Assembly (NCBI GenBank): GCA_965223905.1
Contig: CBDCXV010000001.1
Location: forward strand, 480,001 to 544,000
Length of the DNA: 64,000 nucleotides
Direction: 5' to 3'
Source: Candidatus Latescibacterota bacterium
GTDB taxonomy: Bacteria > Latescibacterota > UBA2968 > UBA8231
Under the pieces are notes generated by a model, which searched no databases, was not told the origin of the DNA, and saw only the letters and a list, made by a program, of their open reading frames with translations. Within the stretch, counting starts at the first letter, position 1, and each line of letters opens with the position of its first letter. Made by a program: the position numbers and the translations under genes. This document shows positions 30,680 to 40,998 of this stretch, piece by piece.

Positions 30680-31065
30680 AAACCGCACGCAAAAAAGAGG
30701 TGGACGGCACCGTGATCGGGCCAGGAGCGCAGGTAGACGGGGTGTTCAATATCGACCATCCCGTGCGCGTCGACGGCAAGCTCAGTGGGCGCCTGAGTAC
30801 GTCCGGCCCCTTGATCGTAGGTGAAAACGGCTTCGTGGAAGCCGAGGAGATCGAGGTGGGAGAGGCTGTCATCCGCGGCCGCGTTGCGGGCAGAATCGTG
30901 GCCAGCGGGAGGGTCTACCTGGCCTCGACTTCCCGGTTTCGAGGTTCCGTCAAGACTCCCCACCTGGTGGTCGAAGAGGGGGCGCAGATCGAGTATTCCT
31001 CCCCGGAAGGAACCGGCGCGTCTAATACCACGCCTCCGGGCTCCGCCGAGCGCAACGACTCCTGA
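30676..31065 (+). CDS. Bactofilin (polymer-forming cytoskeletal protein)
   Basis: TVIGPGAQVDG..VRVDGKLSG..LIVGENGFV..G.V.G.I..LVVEEGA; GTGA overlap with the M23 gene. Confidence 0.88.
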   Translation: MKTARKKEVDGTVIGPGAQVDGVFNIDHPVRVDGKLSGRLSTSGPLIVGENGFVEAEEIEVGEAVIRGRVAGRIVASGRVYLASTSRFRGSVKTPHLVVEEGAQIEYSSPEGTGASNTTPPGSAERNDS

Positions 31066-31097
31066 GGGCGGGACCCCCGCGGGCGGCCGGAATCACG

Positions 31098-31149
31098 GCG
31101 AAACAGAAAGGGGGTTCCGCTGTTTCTGCGGAACCCCCTTCTCTTTCGC
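31098..31149. terminator. Terminator hairpin between convergent bactofilin and groL genes
   Basis: AAGGGGGTTCCGC-N7-GCGGAACCCCCTT with T-rich tails on both strands. Confidence 0.75.
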
Positions 31150-31164
31150 ATCGCCTTGAGGCGA

Positions 31165-32847
<1,683 letters not shown>

Positions 32848-32865
32848 TCAACGGGAACGAAGAAG

Positions 32866-32892
32866 GTAGCACTCACAGGCCCGGAGTGCCAA
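32866..32892 (-). promoter_or_regulatory. CIRCE element (HrcA operator)
   Basis: TTGGCACTC-N9-GAGTGCTAC versus consensus TTAGCACTC-N9-GAGTGCTAA, 76 nt upstream of groL. Confidence 0.9.
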
Positions 32893-32921
32893 TTCGGCAA
32901 TGCGAGACTCTGAATATAAGG

Positions 32922-33740
32922 ATGGACGAGGAGCGTAGCAACCCGAATCTGCTGGTCTGCCCTGCCGGGACCATCCCCTACGACAGCGCCTGGCAATGGC
33001 AGAAAAGCCTGCGCGAACGCCGCCTTGCCGGCGAACTTCCCGACCTCCTCCTGCTGCTGGATCATCCGCCGAGCTACACCCTGGGTCGTTCGACAAGACC
33101 GGGCCATCTGGCCGCCGCCGAGGCCAGGGGGATATCGATACACAGGATCGAGCGCGGCGGCAGCATCACCTACCACGGCCCGGGACAGATCGTCGGCTAC
33201 CCGATCATCGACCTGCGCATGAGGGGGCGGGACATTCACCGCTTCATCCGCGAGCTGGAGGAGGTGCTGATCCGGACGCTGCTCGAGCTCCGGCTCGACG
33301 CCCGGAGGCGTTCCGGCTTGACCGGGGTCTGGGTTGAAGACGAGAAGATCGCCGCCATCGGGGTACATGTCCGCCACTGGATCACCATACATGGCTTTGC
33401 GTTGAATGTGACGACCGAGCTCGACCCCTTCCGCTGGATCCGGCCCTGCGGGCTCGACGTCGCCGTGACATCGGTCGCGCAGCTTCTGGGGGAAAGCGCT
33501 CCCGGCATCGGCGAGACCCGCGCCATCGTCAGACGCCAATTCGAAGCGGTGTTCGGATGCCGCAGCGAGCTGGTGGAGCCGGAATTGCTGGGGCTTTTGC
33601 CCGATGACCGGGGCGATTCCATCGCAGAGAGAGGTGCAGAGCTGGAGCCTGGGGGAACGGACACCGGCAAATTGCCGCTTTCACAGACAGCGGTTACCTT
33701 CGGAAGTTTTGGCGACCAAGTCGCCCGTACGAACGGATAG
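32922..33740 (+). CDS. lipB: Lipoyl(octanoyl) transferase
   Basis: HPPSYTLG, RGGSITYHGPGQ, KIAAIG, HGFALNV, PCG. Confidence 0.93.
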   Translation: MDEERSNPNLLVCPAGTIPYDSAWQWQKSLRERRLAGELPDLLLLLDHPPSYTLGRSTRPGHLAAAEARGISIHRIERGGSITYHGPGQIVGYPIIDLRMRGRDIHRFIRELEEVLIRTLLELRLDARRRSGLTGVWVEDEKIAAIGVHVRHWITIHGFALNVTTELDPFRWIRPCGLDVAVTSVAQLLGESAPGIGETRAIVRRQFEAVFGCRSELVEPELLGLLPDDRGDSIAERGAELEPGGTDTGKLPLSQTAVTFGSFGDQVARTNG

Positions 33741-33755
33741 CGACACGCATTCATC

Positions 33756-35012
33756 ATGACCGACTGGCGACCTATAGTACCAGGCCGGGGGCAACGGATC
33801 AGTTCCGGAAACGGCGGTCTCCAAGTTCCCGACAATCCCATAATTCCATTCATAGAGGGGGACGGCACCGGGCCCGACATATGGGCCGCGGCGATCAACG
33901 TCTTCGACGCGGCCGTCGGGAAGGCCTACGGTGGTCGCCGCGCCATCGCCTGGATGGAAGTGCTTGCCGGTCAGAAGGCGTTCGACACCACGGGGGACTG
34001 GCTGCCCGAGGCGACGGTCCAGGCATTCCGCGACTACCTCGTCGGCATCAAGGGGCCGCTGACCACGCCGGTCGGGGGCGGCATTCGCAGTCTCAACGTC
34101 GCCCTGAGGCAGATCCTCGACCTCTACGTCTGTCTGCGGCCGGTGCGGCATTTCGAGGGGGTCCCGTCCCCGGTGCGGCAGCCCGAGCTCGTCGACATGG
34201 CGATCTTCCGCGAGAACACCGAGGACATCTACGCCGGCATCGAGTTCCAATACGGCGACGCCGATACCTCCCGGTTCAGCGACCTGATGGGACAGCACTT
34301 CTCCGAGCGCTTCGCCAAGGTGCGCTTTCCGGGCACGGCCGCGTTCGGAATCAAGCCGGTGTCGCGGGAGGGCACGTCGCGGCTCGTGAAGGCGGCCATC
34401 GACTTCGCCATCGAACGCGGCCGCGACAGCGTTACCCTCGTGCACAAGGGCAACATCATGAAGTTCACCGAGGGCGCCTTCCGCGACTGGGGATACGAGG
34501 TGGCGAAGAAGGAGTACGGCGGCGCCGAGATCGACGGGGGACCGTGGGTTGCGCTGCAGGTCGACGGCGGCGAGATCGTCGTCAAGGACGTGATCGCCGA
34601 CGCATTTCTGCAGCAGATTCTCACGCGCCCGGCAGAGTACGCCGTCATCGCCACCCTCAATCTCAACGGGGACTACATCAGCGATGCCCTTGCCGCCTGC
34701 GTGGGCGGAATCGGCATAGCCCCCGGCGGCAACATCAACTACCAGTCCGGGCACGCCATTTTCGAGGCGACCCACGGCACCGCTCCCAAGTACGCCGGCC
34801 AGGACAAGGTGAACCCCGGCTCGGTGATCCTCTCGGGGGAGATGATGTTTCGCCACCTCGGCTGGAATGAAGCGGCCGACCTGATCATAGACGGTCTCGA
34901 GCGGACCATCGGCAGCAAGGTCGTGACCTACGACTTCGCACGCCTTATGGAGGGGGCTACCGAGGTGAGGTGCTCGGAATTCGGGTCCGCTATAGTCGGC
35001 AACATGGGGTAG
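33756..35012 (+). CDS. icd: NADP-dependent isocitrate dehydrogenase
   Basis: [45 protein letters not shown]. Confidence 0.97.
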   Translation: MTDWRPIVPGRGQRISSGNGGLQVPDNPIIPFIEGDGTGPDIWAAAINVFDAAVGKAYGGRRAIAWMEVLAGQKAFDTTGDWLPEATVQAFRDYLVGIKGPLTTPVGGGIRSLNVALRQILDLYVCLRPVRHFEGVPSPVRQPELVDMAIFRENTEDIYAGIEFQYGDADTSRFSDLMGQHFSERFAKVRFPGTAAFGIKPVSREGTSRLVKAAIDFAIERGRDSVTLVHKGNIMKFTEGAFRDWGYEVAKKEYGGAEIDGGPWVALQVDGGEIVVKDVIADAFLQQILTRPAEYAVIATLNLNGDYISDALAACVGGIGIAPGGNINYQSGHAIFEATHGTAPKYAGQDKVNPGSVILSGEMMFRHLGWNEAADLIIDGLERTIGSKVVTYDFARLMEGATEVRCSEFGSAIVGNMG

Positions 35013-35031
35013 CCCCCCACGATCCGGAAAC

Positions 35032-35523
35032 ATGGCGGATTCCAGGCTTACCCACGTCGACGAGGCGGGCCGCGTGCGCATGGTCGACGTCAGCGGCAAG
35101 GAGGTCACCGACCGCCTGGCGCGCGCCCGGGGCGAGATCCTCATGCAGGCGGACACGGTTCGCCTTATCACTGGCAACCGGATCGCCAAGGGGAACGTGA
35201 TCGAGACCGCCCGCCTTGCCGGTATCATGGCGGCCAAGCGAACCGCCGATCTGATCCCCCTCTGTCACCCGCTCAATCTCACCGCCATCGACCTGGAATT
35301 CGAGATCGCCGAGGATCGCGTCCGCGTGTCGGCGGAAGCGAGAATTTCCGCCAGGACCGGCGTCGAAATGGAGGCCCTGACCTCGGTGACCGCGGCCTTG
35401 CTGACGATCTACGACATGTGCAAGGCGGTTGATCGCGGGATGGTGCTGTCGGAGGTCAGGCTGGTGGAAAAACAGGGGGGAAGCCGGAGCTACCCGGGGT
35501 CGGGGACGAGCCCAGGGTCCTGA
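35032..35523 (+). CDS. moaC: Cyclic pyranopterin monophosphate synthase
   Basis: LTHVDE..MVDVSGK, LIPLCH, TGVEMEAL, IYDMCKAVD. Confidence 0.96.
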   Translation: MADSRLTHVDEAGRVRMVDVSGKEVTDRLARARGEILMQADTVRLITGNRIAKGNVIETARLAGIMAAKRTADLIPLCHPLNLTAIDLEFEIAEDRVRVSAEARISARTGVEMEALTSVTAALLTIYDMCKAVDRGMVLSEVRLVEKQGGSRSYPGSGTSPGS

Positions 35524-35670
35524 GTCCCCGGAGTCCCTCGGGGCGCAGCGGCGTCCGGTAACGGAGCGCGTCCCTGCGGGCCCGCGCCTTGGAAGTACCC
35601 GCCGCCCGTGCTCGCTTCCAGGAATGGCGTTCGGCAATCAGCTACGGCCATGCCCGGCTCGCAGAGGCGC

Positions 35671-36588
35671 TCATTCCAGGAGGCCGGCGACCTTCAGCAG
35701 CACCGCCTTCTGGCTGTGGAGCCGGTTTTCCGCCTGGGAATAGATCAGCGAGCGGGGATCGTCGAGCAGCTCACCCTCGATCTCGTACCCCCGGTGCGCC
35801 GGCAGGCAGTGCATCACCCGCGTATCGAGGCCGCGCAGCAGCTCGCGGTTTACCTGGTACGGCTGGAACTCCGCGCTTCGCCGCTCCTTCTCCGTCGCGA
35901 ATGCGGGATCGACGAAGTACTCCATGTCGATCCAGGTGTCGGTGTAGATGATGTCGCTCCGTTCGACCGCGGCGCGCAGGTCGTCCGCGGTCCGGTAGGC
36001 ACCCAGGTTCCGCGCCTCCTGAAAGAGTTCCTCGTCCAGGGCCGCAGGGTTGGTCTCGGGGGCGACGACGGTGATCTCCATTCCGAGTTTCACCGCCGCA
36101 GCGATCAGCGAGTTGGTGACGTTGTTGTGGACCCCGGTGTAGGTCAGGCGGATCCCCTCGAGGCGGCCGAGAGATTCCTGGATGGTCTGCAGGTCGGCGA
36201 GGATCTGCATGGGGTGGTAGCGGTCGCAGCAGCCGTTCATCACCGGTACCACCGAGGTTTCGGCCGTCGTCAGCACGTCCTTGTGCAGCAGCAGGCGGGC
36301 GACGATGAAGTCGCAGTACGAGGACAGAACCCGCACCTCGTCGCTGAGCTCCGCAAGGCCGAAGTTCGTGGTCGTCCAGTCGAGGTAGACGGCCTGTCCG
36401 CCGAGTTGCATCATCCCTATTTCGCCGGAGCAGCGGGTACGCGTCGAGGTCTTCTGAAACAGCAGCGCCAGGGTCTTTCCGGCGAGGGCGGTGCGATGCC
36501 GGCTCGAATCCCGCCTGAGAGCCGCACCCTCCTCGACCACGGCCAGGATGTCCTGGCGGCTCCAGTCTTTCAGGGTTACCAGGTTCAC
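35671..36588 (-). CDS. argF: Ornithine carbamoyltransferase
   Basis: STRTR, HPMQILAD, YTDTW.DM, MHCLP, QAENR. Confidence 0.9.
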   Translation of the reverse strand: MNLVTLKDWSRQDILAVVEEGAALRRDSSRHRTALAGKTLALLFQKTSTRTRCSGEIGMMQLGGQAVYLDWTTTNFGLAELSDEVRVLSSYCDFIVARLLLHKDVLTTAETSVVPVMNGCCDRYHPMQILADLQTIQESLGRLEGIRLTYTGVHNNVTNSLIAAAVKLGMEITVVAPETNPAALDEELFQEARNLGAYRTADDLRAAVERSDIIYTDTWIDMEYFVDPAFATEKERRSAEFQPYQVNRELLRGLDTRVMHCLPAHRGYEIEGELLDDPRSLIYSQAENRLHSQKAVLLKVAGLLE

Positions 36589-37538
36589 GCCAGTGCCTTC
36601 TCGATTTCGCCGATAACCGCAGCAGTGACCGAAGCAAGATCCCCCCGGCGTCGGCAGCCGGCTGCGCGTTGGTGTCCGCCCCCGCCAAAAAGGGAGGCCA
36701 CGGCGCTGACATCGACCTCGCTCCGCGACCTCAAACTGACGCGGAAATATCCCGGTTTTTCTTCCTTGAGCAGGGCGGCCACTTCCACTCCCTTGATCAT
36801 CAGGCCGTAGTTGACCACTTCCTCCGGGTCTCCCCTGCGCATGTCGTCGTGGGAAAGGTTGAGGAGAGCGATGCGGCCTCCGGCCCGCAACGACAGCGAC
36901 TCGACCGCCTTGCCGAGCAGCTTTATCTCACCGAGCGAGCGGTTGTTGTAAAGGCGGTCGGCGACGTAGTCGAGGCGCGCTCCGCAGCGAATCAGATGCG
37001 CGGCGACATCGTGGCTGCGGGGGGTCGTCAGCGAATACCGGAAGCTCCCCGTGTCGAACAGAATCCCGGTGTACAGCTGTTCGGCCAGCGGCGCATCGAT
37101 CTTCGCATCCATTGCCGCGCACAGGTGAAAGAGCAGCTCGCACGTCGAGCTGACTTCCTCGGACACGAGGTTGGCAATGCCGAAATGCCTGTTTCCCCTG
37201 TGGTGGTCGACGTTGAGGATCGCCGTGTCCGTCCGCAGGAAGTCCTGGACGGAGCCGACGCGGTCCAGCGACGGACAATCGAGGACCACAGCGGCGTCGG
37301 GACCGTTGTGCTTCAGTCCGTCGGCCTGCTGAATTTCGTGGAATCCCGGCAGGAAATCGAATCTTCCGGGAACATCGTCGAGAATGACAGTTGCCGGCTT
37401 TCCCATCCGGGACAGGAGGTTGGCCATGGCCAGGCAGCTGCCGATCGAATCGCCGTCTCCGTTGACGTGGGAGGTCACGACGAAGGTGCTGGCGCCTCCG
37501 AGGAATGAGACCGCGGCGTCGAAGTCGGGAAGGCTCAC
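36585..37538 (-). CDS. nrnA: DHH/DHHA1 bifunctional oligoribonuclease/PAP phosphatase
   Basis: HVNGDGDS, VDHH, DTGSF, SLRS, GGGH..AAG. Confidence 0.88.
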   Translation of the reverse strand: MSLPDFDAAVSFLGGASTFVVTSHVNGDGDSIGSCLAMANLLSRMGKPATVILDDVPGRFDFLPGFHEIQQADGLKHNGPDAAVVLDCPSLDRVGSVQDFLRTDTAILNVDHHRGNRHFGIANLVSEEVSSTCELLFHLCAAMDAKIDAPLAEQLYTGILFDTGSFRYSLTTPRSHDVAAHLIRCGARLDYVADRLYNNRSLGEIKLLGKAVESLSLRAGGRIALLNLSHDDMRRGDPEEVVNYGLMIKGVEVAALLKEEKPGYFRVSLRSRSEVDVSAVASLFGGGGHQRAAGCRRRGDLASVTAAVIGEIEKALA

Positions 37539-37552
37539 TGAAAAGCGTCCGC

Positions 37553-38359
37553 TCAGGGGGGAAGCCGGAGGACGAAGTGGACCCGGTCGGAACGGTCCGA
37601 CCCGGGGTGCATGCAAAAGCCGTCGAAGGCACCCAGGACCTCTAACGGGCTGGCGGCGATCATGTCGGTCATTTCGTCGAACTCGTAGATCCGCTGTTCG
37701 TGTGATTCGCACACGCGGCGGTCTTCGTAGCCGATGTCGAAAGAATTGTACTGTATGCGGCGGTCTGCGTTGTAATAGCTGTGCCGCGTGTAGACGAAGC
37801 CCGGCCCCTCCTCTGCGTCGAGCACATCCCGGAAATGGTCGAGGGAGTTGCGCTCGGTGCAGATGTCGAACACGAAGACCCCCTCGGGCTTCAGCAGGCC
37901 CGCAACCGATTCCAGCGCCGCGCCTACATCCTCGGTGGTCATCAGGTAATTGAAGCTGTCATACAGGCAGGTCGCGGCATCGAACGGCCCGAGCCCTCCG
38001 AGGCTGCGCAGGTCTCCTGTCGAAAAAGGAACCGCAGATGCAATGCTCGCCGCCTTTCCCTGAGCCGCTGCGACCATCGCAGCCGAAGCGTCGACGCCCG
38101 AAACATCGTAGCCCAGCTTGCTGAACTCCAGGGTGGCGTTGCCAGTGCCGCAGGCGAGATCGACGAGGGTTTCCGGGCCCTTTCCGAATTTCCTCAAGAG
38201 GGTGTCGACGTAGCTCGTCCAGGAGACGTAGTCCACGTGCCTCATCACGAAATCGTATATGGCGGCCAGCCCTTCGTAGGGGGGTCCCTGCGGCGGAGCG
38301 CCGTCGTCGGGCCCGGCTCGCGACACCGAAAACGGAGAGCTCTCGGGCACGGCGTTCAC
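37553..38359 (-). CDS. Class I SAM-dependent methyltransferase
   Basis: VDLACGTG, GVDAS, DSFNYL, LKPEGVFVFD. Confidence 0.88.
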   Translation of the reverse strand: MNAVPESSPFSVSRAGPDDGAPPQGPPYEGLAAIYDFVMRHVDYVSWTSYVDTLLRKFGKGPETLVDLACGTGNATLEFSKLGYDVSGVDASAAMVAAAQGKAASIASAVPFSTGDLRSLGGLGPFDAATCLYDSFNYLMTTEDVGAALESVAGLLKPEGVFVFDICTERNSLDHFRDVLDAEEGPGFVYTRHSYYNADRRIQYNSFDIGYEDRRVCESHEQRIYEFDEMTDMIAASPLEVLGAFDGFCMHPGSDRSDRVHFVLRLPP

Positions 38360-38482
38360 GGGCGTCTTCCCTGAATCACAATTCGGCGGTGGGGACGCAC
38401 CGGCGAAGACAAGCGGCTGGGAGTACCGGGCTGTTGACAGGGGATTGCCTGGCGAAGGTTCGTTGCGACGAGAAACCCTTCT

Positions 38483-38788
38483 TCATGGGAGCGGCTCATC
38501 GTCGTCGAAACTCAGGATCTCATCCCGCCTGCGGCGCTCGCTGTGCAGCACGCGGACGAAATTCAAGCGCTGTTTTTTCGGCACCGGTCTGGATGGGATC
38601 TCGAGGATCTCGGCCTCAAGGTGCGCATCCTCCAGGTCTAGAATCAGCACCTCACCGACCCTGGGCTCGCGCGCCGGCTTGGCGGCGGTTCCGGCGATGG
38701 TGACTCGGCCCTCCTCGCACGCCCGCTTGGCATCGCGGCGCCGTGCGAACAGGCCGGTGTTCTTGAGATAGGCGTCCAGCCGCGGCAT
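38483..38788 (-). CDS. S4-domain RNA-binding protein (Hsp15/RqcP-like)
   Basis: RLDAYLK..LFARR..AKRACEEGRV..KPA. Confidence 0.85.
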   Translation of the reverse strand: MPRLDAYLKNTGLFARRRDAKRACEEGRVTIAGTAAKPAREPRVGEVLILDLEDAHLEAEILEIPSRPVPKKQRLNFVRVLHSERRRRDEILSFDDDEPLP

Positions 38789-38797
38789 GCCGGCAGT

Positions 38798-40144
38798 TCA
38801 ACCACGCCCCCCATCCGCGCCCGAAGCCGAATCGCTCCCGGCTTCGCGAGGGTTCCAGAGAAACTGTTCTTCATCGAGGCGGTTTTCCACGTGTATTTCC
38901 TTCTTGAAATCCTCGATCATCTCGACCATGAGCTCGTTCATGCGCACTTCCCGGACCAGCCCCTCGAGGGTCGGGTGATCGTCGTTGATCTTGAGGATGT
39001 GACCGTCCGACTCGAGCAGGAAGGGCTGCGATATCTCCCCGAGCCTGAGATGCCCGATGTGGGGCTGCAGAAACGGTGGAATCTGCCGTGAGTCCAGGAT
39101 CTGCCAGAGGCCGCCGGCTCTCGCGCTTTGCGGGTCTTCGGAGTATTCCTTGGCCAGCTGGGCGAAATCTTCTCCCGTCATTGCGCGCTCCCGCAGCTCC
39201 GTAAGGCGGGTCACGGCGCGTACGCGGTCGTCGGCGGTGATGCGGGAGAGCACGAGGATGTGACTGGCGCACAGCTCGTCTTCCCGCTTCTCGTGAAGGC
39301 GGATGAGGTGGAATCCGTGCCTGGTGCGCACCGGGTGCGATATCTCCTCCGGCTTGAGCTCGAGGGCCGCCATTTCGAACTCCGGCATCAGCATGCCGAG
39401 CTCGAAGCAGCCGAGATCCCCTCCCGAGGCGGCCGTGCCAGGGTCTTCGGAATAGATCCTGGCCAACTCCGCAAAGTCACCCCCCGCCTGGATCTCCTCC
39501 TCAATGCGGGCGATCCTGGCCATCGACGCGGTGAGGATCTCCTGGGAGGGGCTCACCTTGATGTTGATCTGGCTGATGGAAATCTTGGACGGCAGGGAAT
39601 CGGCGTGGGCCTTTCGGAACTGCTCGACGTCCCCCCGGGTGATGAAAGTCCGGTAGGCGAGCTGCCCGAGCATCTGTTCGTAGAGCATGCGGTTCTGGAT
39701 CTGTTTGCGATAGCGCGTCTTCAGCTGGCGCTCGCTGATCCCGGTGCGCTCCAGCATGTCCTCGAACTCGGCCGGATCGATGCTGTCCTTGATGCGGCCC
39801 AACTCGGCGTTGAGCAGCTCGTCGACGCGTGAGTAGTCGATCTCGAGGCTGTCCTTCCTCGCCTTGAGGACTACTACCTGCTCGTCGATCATCTCGTTCA
39901 GGGTGCGTTCGCGGCGCCTGTCGATCTCCTCCGGACCGAGATAGGTCAACCCCTGCTGTTGCAACTCGAGGCTCAGCCTGAGATTCAGCTCCGACCACAG
40001 AATCACCTGGTCGTCGACTACGGCGACGATGCGGTCCAGCAGCTCCGGATAGGCGTCCGCCGGCCTCGGGCTCGGCAGGGGATGGACCAGAAATGCGGCC
40101 ACCGCGGCCGCGACTGGCAGTTTTTTTCGAAGGGATGCACTCAT
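38798..40144 (-). CDS. surA: SurA-like periplasmic chaperone/peptidyl-prolyl isomerase
   Basis: DRIVAVVDDQVIL SurA N-domain and two parvulin domains (FAELARIYSED..GGDLG; FAQLAKEYSED). Confidence 0.8.
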   Translation of the reverse strand: MSASLRKKLPVAAAVAAFLVHPLPSPRPADAYPELLDRIVAVVDDQVILWSELNLRLSLELQQQGLTYLGPEEIDRRRERTLNEMIDEQVVVLKARKDSLEIDYSRVDELLNAELGRIKDSIDPAEFEDMLERTGISERQLKTRYRKQIQNRMLYEQMLGQLAYRTFITRGDVEQFRKAHADSLPSKISISQINIKVSPSQEILTASMARIARIEEEIQAGGDFAELARIYSEDPGTAASGGDLGCFELGMLMPEFEMAALELKPEEISHPVRTRHGFHLIRLHEKREDELCASHILVLSRITADDRVRAVTRLTELRERAMTGEDFAQLAKEYSEDPQSARAGGLWQILDSRQIPPFLQPHIGHLRLGEISQPFLLESDGHILKINDDHPTLEGLVREVRMNELMVEMIEDFKKEIHVENRLDEEQFLWNPREAGSDSASGADGGRG

Positions 40145-40182
40145 TTGTTCATTCGCAAGCAGTCGGTTTGAAGCGGTGATTT

Positions 40183-40998
40183 TCAGTTTGTGGAGATTTC
40201 CCAGGAGCGCCGGGCCTTCAGCGTTTCGACAAGCCCATCGAGGCGCCGCCGGTGCTCTTCGAAAACGATCCTGCCGACGATCTCGGAGCGAACCTGTTCC
40301 AGCGCCATCGCGCTCCCGGCCGGCTCGTGGGCCAGGACGCGGACGAGGTGGTAACCGCGCTCTGCAGGGACCGGACTCGACACCTCGCCAGGCGCCAGGT
40401 TCCGGCAGGTTTCCCACAGCTCCGGCAGGTCGTCGGCGGTGAAGTAGCCCAGATCGCCTCCGCCCATTTTTGTTTCCTGGTCCAGGGAGTACTCCTCTGC
40501 AGCCTGTTCGAAAGTATAGCCCTCCAACAGTTCCCGCCGCAGAGCCTCGGCGTCGCCACGGGTGGAGAGCAGAATGTGCTGCGCCCGGGTCTCCGCCCGG
40601 GTTCGCAGGAAGTCGTTCTGGTGGTCGCGGTAGTATTGGGTCACAGCTTCATCGCCGACATCGACGGGGCGATTCGCCAACACGCTGTCGAGGAATGAGG
40701 CTACCACCAAGTCGCGGCGAGCCTGTGCGATCAGTCGCTGCACGTGGGCTTTCTCGTGCACCTTGAGATCGAGCGCTTCCCGGTAAATCAACTCCTGCCC
40801 GACCCAGTCCTCGATGAATTGACTGCGCTCGACCGCCGCCAGTTCCTCGTCGAGCTGATCTGGGAGCTGGTCGGCGAGCTCGGCCTCGGTGAGAACCGCG
40901 TCGTCGACGCGGGCAGCGATTTCAGATGCGTCTCGCTGTGGCCCGCAGCCTGTGAGCAGCGCCGCCGATATCGAGAACGCGGCCTGAAACCTTGTCAC
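40183..40998 (-). CDS. Parvulin-type PPIase lipoprotein (PrsA-like)
   Basis: Lipobox LTGC; HILL, FEQAAEEYS, GGDLG, GYHLV. Confidence 0.85.
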   Translation of the reverse strand: MTRFQAAFSISAALLTGCGPQRDASEIAARVDDAVLTEAELADQLPDQLDEELAAVERSQFIEDWVGQELIYREALDLKVHEKAHVQRLIAQARRDLVVASFLDSVLANRPVDVGDEAVTQYYRDHQNDFLRTRAETRAQHILLSTRGDAEALRRELLEGYTFEQAAEEYSLDQETKMGGGDLGYFTADDLPELWETCRNLAPGEVSSPVPAERGYHLVRVLAHEPAGSAMALEQVRSEIVGRIVFEEHRRRLDGLVETLKARRSWEISTN

